From Syntrophales bacterium (GTDB taxonomy: Bacteria > Desulfobacterota > Syntrophia > Syntrophales > UBA2210), in assembly GCA_963666365.2 (NCBI GenBank), contig CAXXNF010000002.1, forward strand, positions 1,792,001 through 1,856,000: 64,000 bases of DNA, written 5' to 3'. This document shows, in pieces, positions 1-10,225 of this stretch. The notes under the pieces were generated by a model. That model ran no database searches, was not told the origin of the DNA, and was given only the letters and a program-made list of their open reading frames with translations. Both the position numbers and the translations under genes were made by a program. The first letter of the stretch is position 1. Each line of letters starts with the position of its first letter.

Positions 1-4
1 CATA

Positions 5-556
5 GTGCTATTTTTTTTCATTACTACACAGAGTTACTGGGAAACAAAAAACGACAAGATCACATTTTTATTGTTTTTAATGGGCGCAATTCTTGTCGCG
101 GTTGCTTCATTGGGGAGGATGTGGTGCTCACTTTATATTGCTGGTTATAAAGATGATAAACTGATTACACAAGGTCCTTACTCCATTTGCCGGAATCCTT
201 TGTATCTCTTCAGCTTGATAGGAGTTGTTGGAGTTGGTTTCGCCACTGAAACTTTGACTTTTCCAATAGTTTTCATTATTCTTTTTGCATTTTATTACGG
301 ATTTGTTATCAAAAGTGAAGAAGAGCGACTCAAGAAACTTTTTGGATTTGAATTTGAAGAATACAAAAAGAAGGTGCCTGCATTTTTCCCAAGGTTTTCG
401 TCTTTTGCTGAACCTGAAAATTACAATGTGAAACCCATTGTCTACAGAAGGCATATTTTTAGTGCATTATGGTTTATTTGGTTACTTGGAATACTCGAGG
501 TAATTGAAGGAATGAAAGAAATCGGATTCTTGAAATCCTTGTGGTCGATATATTGA
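5..556 (+). CDS. isoprenylcysteine carboxylmethyltransferase (ICMT/PEMT) family membrane protein, probably 5'-truncated by the window edge
   Basis: LITQGPYSICRNPLY and EEERL...FEEYKKKVPAFFP motifs; hydrophobic helices; followed by an attC-like site. Confidence 0.8.
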   Translation: MLFFFITTQSYWETKNDKITFLLFLMGAILVAVASLGRMWCSLYIAGYKDDKLITQGPYSICRNPLYLFSLIGVVGVGFATETLTFPIVFIILFAFYYGFVIKSEEERLKKLFGFEFEEYKKKVPAFFPRFSSFAEPENYNVKPIVYRRHIFSALWFIWLLGILEVIEGMKEIGFLKSLWSIY

Positions 557-559
557 TCA

Positions 560-631
560 GCCTAACCGCATCAACTCGGACTGGCAATTCCGCGGCGCTC
601 CATTGCCAGCCGGTTATGAGGATCGTTGGCT
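560..631 (+). other. attC-like integron recombination site
   Basis: GCCTAAC...imperfect palindrome (CGGACTGGCAAT/ATTGCCAGCCG)...GTTGGCT, lying between a stop codon and the next RBS. Confidence 0.75.
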
Positions 632-646
632 TAAAGGGGGAACGAT

Positions 647-2632
647 ATGGGTACAAGCCAAAAGCCGAACAGCGATGCGGAGCATCGTCACGAAGAGAGA
701 CCCGAGGAAGCGGGCAATCAGGAGGCCTTGCGAGCTTCGGAACTTCGCTATCGCAGGCTCTTTGAGTCGTCCCGAGACGGCATCCTGATCCTGGACGCCA
801 CGACGGGGGTGGTAGTGGACGTGAATCCGTTCTTGGTCAATCTATTGGGTTACTCGCGTGAATTCTTCCTCACCAAGAAAGTTTGGGAGTTGGGCTTCCT
901 TGGGGATGCCATCGCCAACGAGGACATGTTCAGGAAATTGCAGGCAAAGGGCTATATCCGCTACGAAGACCTGCCGCTGGAAACCAGCGACGGGCTGCCC
1001 ATCGAGGTGGAGTTCATCAGCAACGTCTATCTCGCGAACGAACAGCGGGTGATTCAATGCAACATCCGCGAAATCACCGAGCGCAAGCAGGAGAAGGAAC
1101 AGATCAGATTCCAGGCTGACATCATAGAGAATTCTCCCGTGATCACCGCTTATCACGACAAGAATTTGAACGTGGTATGGATAAATAAAGCCTACCAGAA
1201 AGCGACAGGATTAAACCTTGAGGAAGTAAGGGGGAAAAAGTGCTACCAGATCTGGAATCTGTCAAAACCATGCCGGGGTTGTCCCGTGATCACGGCAATA
1301 GAAACCGGAGAGAATGCTTCCAATGAATTGACGCCCGACAATCAGGACCATTGGCCGGAGAGTCAAGGATATTGGTTATGCCAAGCCGTGCCTTTCCGCG
1401 ATAAACAGGGCACCGTTATTGGCGCCCTTGAATTCGCGGTTGACATCACCGAGCGCAAGAAATCGGAAGAGGCGCGGGAGAAACTCCAGGCCCAACTCAA
1501 CCAGGCACAGAAGATGGAGTCGGTGGGAAGGCTGGCCGGCGGGGTGGCCCACGACTTCAATAATATGCTGGGCATCGTCCTGGGATACACGGAACTGGCC
1601 TTGGAACGGGTCGGGTCGGACGAATCCCTGCATGCCGACCTGGAGGAAATCCGGAAGGCCGCCCATCGCTCCGCCGACCTCACGCGCCAGCTATTGGCAT
1701 TTGCCCGGAAACAGACCATTGCGCCCAAGGTGCTTGATTTAAATGCCGCGGTGGAAGACATGCTCAACATGCTGCGACAGCTCATCGGAGAGGACATTAA
1801 TCTGGTCTGGAAACCCGACCGGGGTCTCTGGCCGGTCAATATGGACCCTGCACAGATCGATCAAGTGATGGTCAATCTTTGCATCAACGCCCGGGACGCC
1901 ATCACGGGTGTTGGCAGAATTGTCGTAGAGACGCGAAACACCACCGTGGACGAGGCATACAGCGCCCAGCAGGCGGGGTTTACTCCTGGCGAATACGTGA
2001 TGTTGACCGTGAGCGACGACGGCTGCGGCATGGATGCCGAAACACTCCTGAGCATCTTCGATCCTTTCTTCACGACCAAGGAAGCGAGCAGTGGAACCGG
2101 CCTGGGGCTGGCCACCGTGTATGGCATCGTCAATCAGAACAACGGCTTCATCAACGTTTACAGCGAGCCGGGCCAGGGAACGGCCTTCAATATCTACCTG
2201 CCGCGGTACGCGGCCAAAACGGAGCCTCTGCCGAAACAAGTTCCGTTACAAACGAAAGAGCTCGGCCATGAAACCATATTGCTCGTGGAAGACGAACCGG
2301 CGATCTTGAAAATGACCACGATCATGCTGGAACGCCATGGTTACACCGTGCTGAAGGCGAGTACCCCGGGCGAGGCCATGCGCATGGCAAGGGAATACAC
2401 CGGCCGGATCGACCTGCTTTTGACCGACGTGATCATGCCCGAGATGAACGGCCGCAATCTGGCCAAGAACCTCGTGTCCAACCGTCCGAGCCTCAAATGC
2501 CTGTTCATGTCGGGCTACCCAGCCAACATAATCACAAAACACGGGGTGCTGAACGAAGGCGAACATTTCATCCAAAAGCCATTCTCGGTGAACGATTTAG
2601 GGATGAAGCTGCGCGAGGCCCTGGAAGGCTGA
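647..2632 (+). CDS. PAS-PAS hybrid sensor histidine kinase with C-terminal receiver domain
   Basis: two PAS domains; GGVAHDFNN H-box; DPFFTTK/GTGLGL G-boxes; LLVEDE...DVIMP...KPF receiver. Confidence 0.95.
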   Translation: MGTSQKPNSDAEHRHEERPEEAGNQEALRASELRYRRLFESSRDGILILDATTGVVVDVNPFLVNLLGYSREFFLTKKVWELGFLGDAIANEDMFRKLQAKGYIRYEDLPLETSDGLPIEVEFISNVYLANEQRVIQCNIREITERKQEKEQIRFQADIIENSPVITAYHDKNLNVVWINKAYQKATGLNLEEVRGKKCYQIWNLSKPCRGCPVITAIETGENASNELTPDNQDHWPESQGYWLCQAVPFRDKQGTVIGALEFAVDITERKKSEEAREKLQAQLNQAQKMESVGRLAGGVAHDFNNMLGIVLGYTELALERVGSDESLHADLEEIRKAAHRSADLTRQLLAFARKQTIAPKVLDLNAAVEDMLNMLRQLIGEDINLVWKPDRGLWPVNMDPAQIDQVMVNLCINARDAITGVGRIVVETRNTTVDEAYSAQQAGFTPGEYVMLTVSDDGCGMDAETLLSIFDPFFTTKEASSGTGLGLATVYGIVNQNNGFINVYSEPGQGTAFNIYLPRYAAKTEPLPKQVPLQTKELGHETILLVEDEPAILKMTTIMLERHGYTVLKASTPGEAMRMAREYTGRIDLLLTDVIMPEMNGRNLAKNLVSNRPSLKCLFMSGYPANIITKHGVLNEGEHFIQKPFSVNDLGMKLREALEG

Positions 2633-2658
2633 TATGGTTCCATCATCAACTGATTACA

Positions 2659-2690
2659 GGCCAACAACCGCATTAACTCGGACTGGCAAT
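2659..2690 (+). other. truncated attC (left arm only)
   Basis: GGCCAACAACCGCATTAACTCGGACTGGCAAT matches the left arm of the 560-631 site. Confidence 0.6.
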
Positions 2691-3045
2691 GTCAGACTTA
2701 ACTTTTAAGAAAATTGAATAAAGTATTAAAGACAGAAAGAATTTACATCCTCCGTTCCTCAAAAATGTCAAAACATACAAACCATCTTTGGAATTGGAAG
2801 AAACAGCTTTCAGTAACGAAGCGTTGGAGAAAAAAGCCAAAGAACTCAAGGCGCTATCAATTTCCATTGTGACAAAGTGTGAATCATGCATGAAATAGCA
2901 TTTGGATCAAGCTCCGCAAGCAGGTGCAAAAGATAAAGAAATTTAAGAAACTATCGATGCAGCAATTGAAATGGGTGGGGGTCGGGCTGGCGCTTACGCC
3001 CGTTTCGTGTTAAATGCGCTTGAATATTTTAAGAATAATCGCTGA
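2689..3045 (+). pseudogene. carboxymuconolactone decarboxylase/AhpD-family pseudogene
   Basis: manual translation MSDLTFKKIE*...KELKALSISIVTKCESCMK*HLDQA...AGAKDKEI*ETIDAAIEMGGG; CxxC motif and three in-frame stops. Confidence 0.75.
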
Positions 3046-3273
3046 TATTTACAACCTATTGTGCCATGGTCCGATGGGAACGGTTTTAACACCTTCGCCC
3101 TGTGGTTCCTGAATGCAAACGTTGGTATTTCCAAAAGAGAGGTGTCGTATTTTCATAAGTCCTTTCAGCAGCACTTTTCACTTGACTTGACGCGAAAAGG
3201 CGGGGCGCAAGTCGGTTTTTATGCTCACTGGCAGATGCACATCTGAGGCGACAGATGTATCCATCGTGCCGAT

Positions 3274-4131
3274 TCAAAGCATTTCCAGGCGTTCGACAAT
3301 GAAGAGACCGGCCTTGCGGCTGTGCGTGGCGCGATTGCTTTCCATTATTTCCAGTTGAGCGCCTGGTATGGACTGTGCGATTTCTTTCACCTCTTCCACA
3401 TTATGAAGCCGGTCGCTCCGCGCTCCTATGATGATCACAGGGGAGGTGATCAAGGGGAGTTTCGGCCGCACACTGTACCCCTTCATACTGAGTGCGCTTG
3501 CCTTCAACCTGCGGAAATCCGCTCCGTCGATAGTGCCTTCGTACTTTTTCAACTGCTCCGGTTCCCTCGTTTTATCGATGCGAAAGGCGCCGATGTACCA
3601 TTTGATGAATCCCTTGACGAAGGTGTAGGCCCCGGGTGGAATGCCTCTTGCAACAAAAAAGGCCCACGCTGGAATGCGAAATTCCGCATTCGGCGCAATG
3701 GCAATGGTAAGTGCGGGACGCCGCAACCCCCGGCTCAGATAATCGAGAATAGCCGTCGATCCCAGAGAACTGCCCACTAACACAAAGGACCGATCATGGG
3801 GAACTGTCGCTTCGAGAATTTCGTGAATGTCATCCACCATGCGGGAAATTGAAAACTCAACATTCCTTCGTTCCGGGATGCGGGCACTCTTTTTTTCGCG
3901 GGATTCAACGTAAAGAGTTTTGTATCGGGGAGTGAGTTCTTTCAGGGCACCCTCCCAGCCGTTGATTTCCGAGATCCAGCCTGCAACGAAGCACACAATG
4001 GGTCCGTTCTCATCGCCCTGTGGAGGGGTAAAGTCGATTACCTTCAGGGCCGCACCGTCAGAGAGGCTGATGCTACACTCCGTAACAGCGACGTCCGGAT
4101 TTGTGCAAAAGGAATAGCGCTGATCGGTCAC
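3274..4131 (-). CDS. alpha/beta hydrolase
   Basis: GSSLG nucleophile elbow; C-terminal Asp/His. Confidence 0.85.
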   Translation of the reverse strand: MTDQRYSFCTNPDVAVTECSISLSDGAALKVIDFTPPQGDENGPIVCFVAGWISEINGWEGALKELTPRYKTLYVESREKKSARIPERRNVEFSISRMVDDIHEILEATVPHDRSFVLVGSSLGSTAILDYLSRGLRRPALTIAIAPNAEFRIPAWAFFVARGIPPGAYTFVKGFIKWYIGAFRIDKTREPEQLKKYEGTIDGADFRRLKASALSMKGYSVRPKLPLITSPVIIIGARSDRLHNVEEVKEIAQSIPGAQLEIMESNRATHSRKAGLFIVERLEML

Positions 4132-4183
4132 CTGATGGAACCCTTCCTCATTGTATCCTGTTCAATCCTCTGCTATTCACGCA

Positions 4184-4678
4184 TCAAACCCCTCGTCCAC
4201 GGGCTTCTTCGAAGGGGATGGAATCAAGAATGAGCGTGGACATATACTCTCTGAGGTCTTCAGGATGAATGGAATCTTCGCATATGGCCAGCGCACGGAC
4301 CGATATCCCCGCCTGGTGAACGGTTTCCCGATCGCCCGATATCAGCGGATGCCACCATTCGAGGTCCTTGCCTTCGGCAAGACGGCGATAGGCACAGCTC
4401 AACGGCAGCCATCGAAATGCATCGGGTGAATCAGGACTTAACGAGATACAGGATGGGACATAATGGCGACGATTTGTGTAGTGGCGACACCGGCAGCTCT
4501 CGATATCCAGAAGGCGGCACGCCACGGCAGTGTAGAAGACACACCCCGTCGTCGAGTCTTCTATCTTATGGAGACAGCATCGGCCACAGCCGTCGCAGAG
4601 CGATTCCCATTCCTCCCCGGTCATGTCGCTGAGGGGCTTTTGTTTCCAGAACGCTGTCCTCTTCGTCTCCATGATCAA
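4184..4678 (-). CDS. YcgN/UPF0260 cysteine-cluster protein
   Basis: EWESLCDGCGRCC, WLPLSCAYR and WHPLISG motifs. Confidence 0.9.
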   Translation of the reverse strand: MIMETKRTAFWKQKPLSDMTGEEWESLCDGCGRCCLHKIEDSTTGCVFYTAVACRLLDIESCRCRHYTNRRHYVPSCISLSPDSPDAFRWLPLSCAYRRLAEGKDLEWWHPLISGDRETVHQAGISVRALAICEDSIHPEDLREYMSTLILDSIPFEEARGRGV

Positions 4679-4718
4679 GAATGTACCGTCTTTTTTAACT
4701 GAATACCCCTGCCCCCGT

Positions 4719-4907
4719 TTAAGCTTTCTCTTTGCTTTCTTTGAAAAAATTATGCAGGAATTCCTCTTCCATGGGAGAGAGATTGAATTCCTGTCCCGCC
4801 TGCTGAATCAGCTTTGAGAGAGAGGGGCTGTCCGATTCTTCAAGTCTGCTCGAAATCGACTTTATTGCCTGCCTCATCTTTTCGCCCTTTGGTTGCACCA
4901 CTGCCAT
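4719..4907 (-). CDS. small hypothetical protein
   Basis: 62-aa ORF with AGGAG RBS, co-directional with its neighbours. Confidence 0.6.
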   Translation of the reverse strand: MAVVQPKGEKMRQAIKSISSRLEESDSPSLSKLIQQAGQEFNLSPMEEEFLHNFFKESKEKA

Positions 4908-5014
4908 ACTGCGTCTCCTTTCAAAAAGTCGTCTCTTAGAGGTAATGCATACTACACTATCGGCGAAATATTATCCATCCTGAAATATTGACGGCTTCGT
5001 AATAAAAAGCTTCA

Positions 5015-5809
5015 TCATGTCGATGGGTATCCAATCATGTAGGTAACTTTTCTGGGAAGCCCTTCCACCTCTTCCTGTCCGATTTCCCATGTATAGGTCT
5101 TCAGCTCCAGATCGGAGATCAGTGCTTTCAATTCACCAGTGGAGTAAGTGCGAAGCGATGAGATCACACCGTCAAAGGTGATGATAAACGGCAGGAGCGG
5201 CAAGAGGTACGTCCAGAAAAACCGTGAAAGACGGAACGGACGAATAAAAGGGGTCAGGGTAAGCACCATGAGCGGAAGCACGAAAATCATCTGGCATATG
5301 GCAAAGACGTTTCGTTCGGTTGCCTCAAAAATGCCGATACCCCGTTTTCTGCGTATTGCATCGTTGAGTATCGCCTGCGCCTCATTGGGAGAGAAATGAT
5401 GGAAGGCATTGAAAAATGTCCTGAATCCATCGAGATTTTCGGGGATGTCAACAGCGTCGACGGACCGTGGGCAGTATCGAAGACCGTTGGATGAGGAGTT
5501 GTGGATTTTTACCGATGCACTGTTGGGATTCTTGTCGGTGAGACACACAGAAAGGGGGAACCGTTCCTTTTCTTGAAAGTGATGATAGAGACGCGGCCAT
5601 GGCCCACCCCCGCCTGAGCAAAGATCAAGTATCCTCCGCGTGCCCGATTTTTCCAATGCCCGGCGAAGATAGGGCACGCACGGGGCGAACACATTGCTTG
5701 CATTCTCAAAATATTGAAGAAAGTCGGTGGCACTATCGAGAAGAAGCTTCGGGCACCAAGACTGATCTGAAAGTTCTGTCAGATGGTAGCGCTTCATTGA
5801 ACTATCCAT
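5015..5809 (-). CDS. class I SAM-dependent methyltransferase-like protein
   Basis: ILDLCSGGGGP motif I; NAFHHF. Confidence 0.8.
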   Translation of the reverse strand: MDSSMKRYHLTELSDQSWCPKLLLDSATDFLQYFENASNVFAPCVPYLRRALEKSGTRRILDLCSGGGGPWPRLYHHFQEKERFPLSVCLTDKNPNSASVKIHNSSSNGLRYCPRSVDAVDIPENLDGFRTFFNAFHHFSPNEAQAILNDAIRRKRGIGIFEATERNVFAICQMIFVLPLMVLTLTPFIRPFRLSRFFWTYLLPLLPFIITFDGVISSLRTYSTGELKALISDLELKTYTWEIGQEEVEGLPRKVTYMIGYPST

Positions 5810-6058
5810 TCTTTTCTTGATAATCGCTCCTGCATATGTTCATACTGTACCATAAATGATACAATCAAATCGAGCGAGATTGTAAAGGGAATCGTTTATG
5901 GCGCCAGCATATTCTCAGCATTTTCTCCTGAAAGTAAAGTTTCATGTTGTGTTCAACACGGTATATGGTTACAATGTCTACATTTTCTACAATGAGGAAT
6001 GACGTAACGTCTTATATGGGTTTAAAATAGCTACATAACAACACAAAGGAGGACAGCA

Positions 6059-7513
6059 ATGGGAATTCGTACGCCTGAAGAGTACAAGGAAAGTTTGCGC
6101 GATGGAAGGCGGGTCTATATCCGCGGAGAAAAGGTAGAAGATATTACGAAGCACCCGATTCTCGGCATTACCTGCGATACCATAGCCGGCGGGTATGAGT
6201 TGACGGCATCGGAAAATCCGGAAGTGCGAGATCTTTTCGTGGCGCCTCACCCCGAAACGGGTGAACCGATAAACCGCCTCTTCATTACCCCCCATAACAC
6301 GGAGGATCTCAAAAATCGCACCAAGATGATTCAGACGTCCATTAAAATGATCGGCAGTCTTCCCTTCGGCAAGGATATCGGCACGGATTGCCTCAATGCG
6401 GCCTTCGTAGTGGCCGGCCAGATGGGCAAAACAGAGTATCAGGAAAATGCCAAAAACTTTCTCGAACACCTGCGAAAGAACGATCTCCATACCTGCGGCG
6501 CCGTGAGCTGCGTCAAAGGTGATCGCTCAAAGGAACCGGCCAAGCAGAAACACCCCGACTATTACCTGCACGTCGTCGACAAAAATAAAGACGGCATCGT
6601 GGTCAAGGGCGCCAAAATCCACATCACCAGCGCACCGGCGGCTAATGAAATAATCGTCGTACCTACTCGACAAATGCGGGAAAACGAGGGGGATTATGCC
6701 GTCAGTTTTGCCATACCGGCGAATACGGAAGGGATCACCTTTATCTGCCGCGGCGGGCGTGGGGCCTGGACAGACCACGAATTTCATGCCGACCGTCCCG
6801 TGCGGGAACTGACGGAAGCAATGATCGTATTCGACAATGTCTTCGTGCCCTGGGATCGGGTATTCATGTGCGGCGAATGGCAGTTCTCCATGCTGATTGC
6901 TTACACCTTCGCTACTTTCCATCGGTTCACGGCAATCAGTTACAAAGTGCCGGCCGTTGAAGTCATGGCGGGTTGCGGTGTGGCCATGGCAAAATATAAC
7001 GGTCTCGATAAAGTAGGTCATGTGAGAGACAAACTGGCTGATATCGCCGCCTATGTGGAGACACTGAGGGCACTGACGAATGCGGCGGCCCAGGACCCCG
7101 TCATGTACGGCGACATCGCTGTGCCCAATCCGCTCATCGCCAACATGGCGAAACTCCATTTTGCCAGTAAATATCATGCCTTCATGGAACTTATTCAGGA
7201 TATTTCCGGTGGGATCGTTGCCACTGCGCCCGACAGGAAAGACTGGGAAAATCCGGATATTCATGACTATCTGGAGCATTATCTGGGAGGGTCGGAAAAA
7301 TACAGCACCATTGATCGCCTGAAGATGATTCATGAGACGATGCGTCATGTTTGCTCCCATGAATCGGCCTTCCATGAAGTGACGACGGTCCATGCCGAAG
7401 GGTCCATGGCAGCGCAGAAAATGATGGTGCTGGCCGAATCGCCCCTCAAGCAATACGAGGAGATGGCAATGGCGGCTGCCGGCATTACGCCTCTTGAGAA
7501 GGTCAGGTTGTAG
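6059..7513 (+). CDS. 4-hydroxyphenylacetate 3-hydroxylase / 4-hydroxybutyryl-CoA dehydratase family flavoprotein
   Basis: RTPEEYKESLRDGRRVYIRGEKV, KGDRSK, GAKIHIT, FDNVFVPWDRVF. Confidence 0.85.
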   Translation: MGIRTPEEYKESLRDGRRVYIRGEKVEDITKHPILGITCDTIAGGYELTASENPEVRDLFVAPHPETGEPINRLFITPHNTEDLKNRTKMIQTSIKMIGSLPFGKDIGTDCLNAAFVVAGQMGKTEYQENAKNFLEHLRKNDLHTCGAVSCVKGDRSKEPAKQKHPDYYLHVVDKNKDGIVVKGAKIHITSAPAANEIIVVPTRQMRENEGDYAVSFAIPANTEGITFICRGGRGAWTDHEFHADRPVRELTEAMIVFDNVFVPWDRVFMCGEWQFSMLIAYTFATFHRFTAISYKVPAVEVMAGCGVAMAKYNGLDKVGHVRDKLADIAAYVETLRALTNAAAQDPVMYGDIAVPNPLIANMAKLHFASKYHAFMELIQDISGGIVATAPDRKDWENPDIHDYLEHYLGGSEKYSTIDRLKMIHETMRHVCSHESAFHEVTTVHAEGSMAAQKMMVLAESPLKQYEEMAMAAAGITPLEKVRL

Positions 7514-7717
7514 AAAACCCGACTGCGCCCTGTTCCTTTCATTGCCTGCGAAATGGGTTCATTGCGGAGACAGGGGGTGGCAGTGTCGCGGCAACGGCCC
7601 GGCGAAAAAACATTTTCCGTCGGGCCGTACTTCATTCCTCGCAGGACCTTGCAATTCCGCTCCTTGACCTCCTGCCTTCTCTTGTCTATAATCGGTAAAA
7701 CTTTCACATGAAAGGAA

Positions 7718-8377
7718 GTGCACATGGATAAAGATCCGGATATCGATATCATCGAACTTGCCGACACTGTGGACAAGGAGGAAGAAGGAGTGCAACAGAA
7801 CTTCGATGACGAGTACGATGATGAGCCTCGGTCTTCTTTCACCCTCCAGAAAAAAACTCTCTACATCGGGGGTGCAATCGTACTCGTGGTAATTGTCATT
7901 GTCGCCCTGCTGTCATCATCGGGAGAGAGCGATATCTCAAAGGCTGATTTTAGCGCCCTGAGTGAGCGCATTGAACATATTGAAGCGCGGGTGTCCGATC
8001 TGGAGGGACTCGAAGGTCGTATTTCCGTTGCATTGCAGGCACAGAAGAGCGCCCTGAAGGAAACTGTCACCGAGGCCGCCGGAACGGGGGGAACCATGGT
8101 ACAACAGCTCGACCTGCTGGCACGGAAAGTAGAAGCGTTGCAGCAGAAAATGGGATCCGTCGTGAAGGAGGCCCAGGCCATAAGGGCCGACAAAACGGAA
8201 CGAACACAGGTGCAGAAGGCCCGGTATCACGTGGTAAACCGTGGAGACAGTCTCTATGGCATTGCCAAAAAATACGGGCTTTCCGTAGAGAAGCTTTGTG
8301 CCCTCAATAAGATTTCAACCCGGAAGCCCATCCATCCCGGGCAGAAGCTCCTGGTTTCCGTCGCTGCGGGGTCGTGA
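7718..8377 (+). CDS. membrane-anchored coiled-coil LysM protein
   Basis: one TM helix, coiled coil, C-terminal YHVVNRGDSLYGIAKKYG LysM. Confidence 0.85.
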   Translation: MHMDKDPDIDIIELADTVDKEEEGVQQNFDDEYDDEPRSSFTLQKKTLYIGGAIVLVVIVIVALLSSSGESDISKADFSALSERIEHIEARVSDLEGLEGRISVALQAQKSALKETVTEAAGTGGTMVQQLDLLARKVEALQQKMGSVVKEAQAIRADKTERTQVQKARYHVVNRGDSLYGIAKKYGLSVEKLCALNKISTRKPIHPGQKLLVSVAAGS

Positions 8378-8387
8378 GAGTGCCGCA

Positions 8388-8425
8388 GGCAACGGTTTCC
8401 TCCACCTGCGGAGGCAACCGTTGCC
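8388..8425 (+). terminator. stem-loop downstream of the LysM gene
   Basis: GGCAACGGTT...AACCGTTGCC inverted repeat; no U-tract. Confidence 0.4.
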
Positions 8426-8536
8426 GTGATGATAGGTGCGCATGCGAATTGTCCCTTCCCCGCGCGGCGAAACTCACCAAGGTGAACCCCTGTATCTTTT
8501 ACTGTACTTTGGCGGAAATGCTCTTATAACGACACC

Positions 8537-9499
8537 ATGATTCCCCTTCGTGATACAATTCGCTCCAAAAATTATCCCGTTGTCAACATGACGCTGATTG
8601 TGATCAATGTCCTTGCAGGAATCATTGAGCTGGGACATTTACCTGAAATCGACGCCTTCATCTTTACCTACGGCCTTGTGCCTGCCCGCTACACCGTGCC
8701 GGAACTGGGCGTGCACTTCAGCTTTGGCGAACAAGCCCTGGCCCTTGTGTCATTTTTGTTTCTCCATGGCGGATTTTGGCATCTTCTGGGCAATATGTGG
8801 TTTCTCTACATATTCGGCGATAACGTAGAAGACACCCTGGGGCCGTTGCGCTACCTGGTATTCTATCTTCTCTGCGGGTGGGTTTCAGGACTGACGCATT
8901 TGTTGTTTAATTTTTATTCCCAGGTGCCCACCATAGGTGCAAGCGGAGCCGTCGCCGGCGTGATGGGGGCCTATTTCATCACCTATCCACGCTCCAAAAT
9001 TCTCACTTTGATTCCAATTATCATTATTCCCTTCTTTGTGGAGATTCCTGCTGCCGTATTCCTGGGGCTATGGTTCCTTTTTCAGTTTTTAAGCGCTTCT
9101 CTTGCCGATGCACACGCGAGCACTATCGCATGGTGGGCCCATATCGGCGGTTTCGTCGCGGGGATGGTGTTTTTAAAAGTGTTTCAAAGGTTCCCCCAGG
9201 CCGGGGCACTATCAGAGGTGCGGCAAAAAACAGTCAAAAGACGATCGCCGCGGCTTCACGTAATCAAAATGGCGCGCAGGGGAGATAACTTTTACGGAAC
9301 GATGGTGATCACTGAAAAGGAAGCCCTGAGGGGCACGCGAAAGACTATCAGCATTCCCCGCGGGTTTCAGAAGACACTCTTTACGGTGACAATCCCACCG
9401 GGTGTTAAGAACGGTCAGATCGTCAGGCTGGCCGGAATTGCGGGAAGACTCGGTGATACACCCGGTGGAGACGCCTTTCTGAAAGTGGCGGTCGAGTAA
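8537..9499 (+). CDS. rhomboid intramembrane serine protease with C-terminal DnaJ-C-like domain
   Basis: HLLGNM, GASG, AHIGG motifs; C-terminal VTIPPGVKNGQIVRLAG. Confidence 0.9.
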   Translation: MIPLRDTIRSKNYPVVNMTLIVINVLAGIIELGHLPEIDAFIFTYGLVPARYTVPELGVHFSFGEQALALVSFLFLHGGFWHLLGNMWFLYIFGDNVEDTLGPLRYLVFYLLCGWVSGLTHLLFNFYSQVPTIGASGAVAGVMGAYFITYPRSKILTLIPIIIIPFFVEIPAAVFLGLWFLFQFLSASLADAHASTIAWWAHIGGFVAGMVFLKVFQRFPQAGALSEVRQKTVKRRSPRLHVIKMARRGDNFYGTMVITEKEALRGTRKTISIPRGFQKTLFTVTIPPGVKNGQIVRLAGIAGRLGDTPGGDAFLKVAVE

Positions 9500-9560
9500 A
9501 AAGCAGGAAACGTCAAAAAGCAAGAAAGTTTAAAAGTGTCTTGAGTGAGGATTAATAATT

Positions 9561-9809
9561 ATGAAAGATGCAGTATGGAAGGTCGTGTGCCATGCACCGG
9601 GGATGGTAAATGCGAATATCATTCTCGGAAGACTCGAGACCGAGGGTATCCCGGTGAAACTGGAATATGAAGCGGTCGGTCCGATTTACGGGCTGACCAT
9701 CGACGGTCTCGGAGATGTGCGGGTCCTCGTTCCCGAGGACTGTCTGTCCCGCGCCCGGGAGGCTTTGGCCGAAACCTATGAGGAAGAAGAAATTATGTGG
9801 AACGAGTAA
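9561..9809 (+). CDS. DUF2007-like putative signal-transducing protein
   Basis: ANIILGRLETEGIP...VRVLVPED pattern. Confidence 0.7.
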   Translation: MKDAVWKVVCHAPGMVNANIILGRLETEGIPVKLEYEAVGPIYGLTIDGLGDVRVLVPEDCLSRAREALAETYEEEEIMWNE

Positions 9810-9830
9810 TCGGGGCCGTAACGGGCGCTG

Positions 9831-10097
9831 TCATGCCCGGATAATGGTCCAAAGTCCCACGGCGATAAAGGCCGCTCCGGCAACTTTCACCATGATTTTT
9901 TCGTTTATAAACTGAGAAAGCGCGGCGCCTACAAAGACCGCCAGTGCCGAAGCCGCCACAAGGGCAAGGGCGGACCCCAGGAACACCACAGCCTTGTTGT
10001 TCTGCGCCCCCGATGCATAGAGCATGGTGGCTAGTTGCGTTTTGTCCGCAATCTCCGCAATAAAAACAGTCGCAAATACCGTGAAAAACAGTCTCAT
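9831..10097 (-). CDS. TMEM165/GDT1 (UPF0016) family cation transporter
   Basis: FIAEIADKTQLAT (ExGDKT-like) motif; hydrophobic. Confidence 0.85.
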   Translation of the reverse strand: MRLFFTVFATVFIAEIADKTQLATMLYASGAQNNKAVVFLGSALALVAASALAVFVGAALSQFINEKIMVKVAGAAFIAVGLWTIIRA

Positions 10098-10225
10098 TGT
10101 TCATCCTCGCGTTTCATTCTTTCCCACTGCCGTCGGTCGCTGCTTCATGCCTTCCGCACACTCTTTCCAATTGAACGATCCTTCAAGAGACTTGAATGAC
10201 AGGCGGCGTCCTTTCTCGAAGCATT

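Noticed and set aside
10098..10225. yybP-ykoY manganese riboswitch upstream of the UPF0016 gene
   Set aside because: I could not find the conserved GGGGAGUA-type core on the minus strand.
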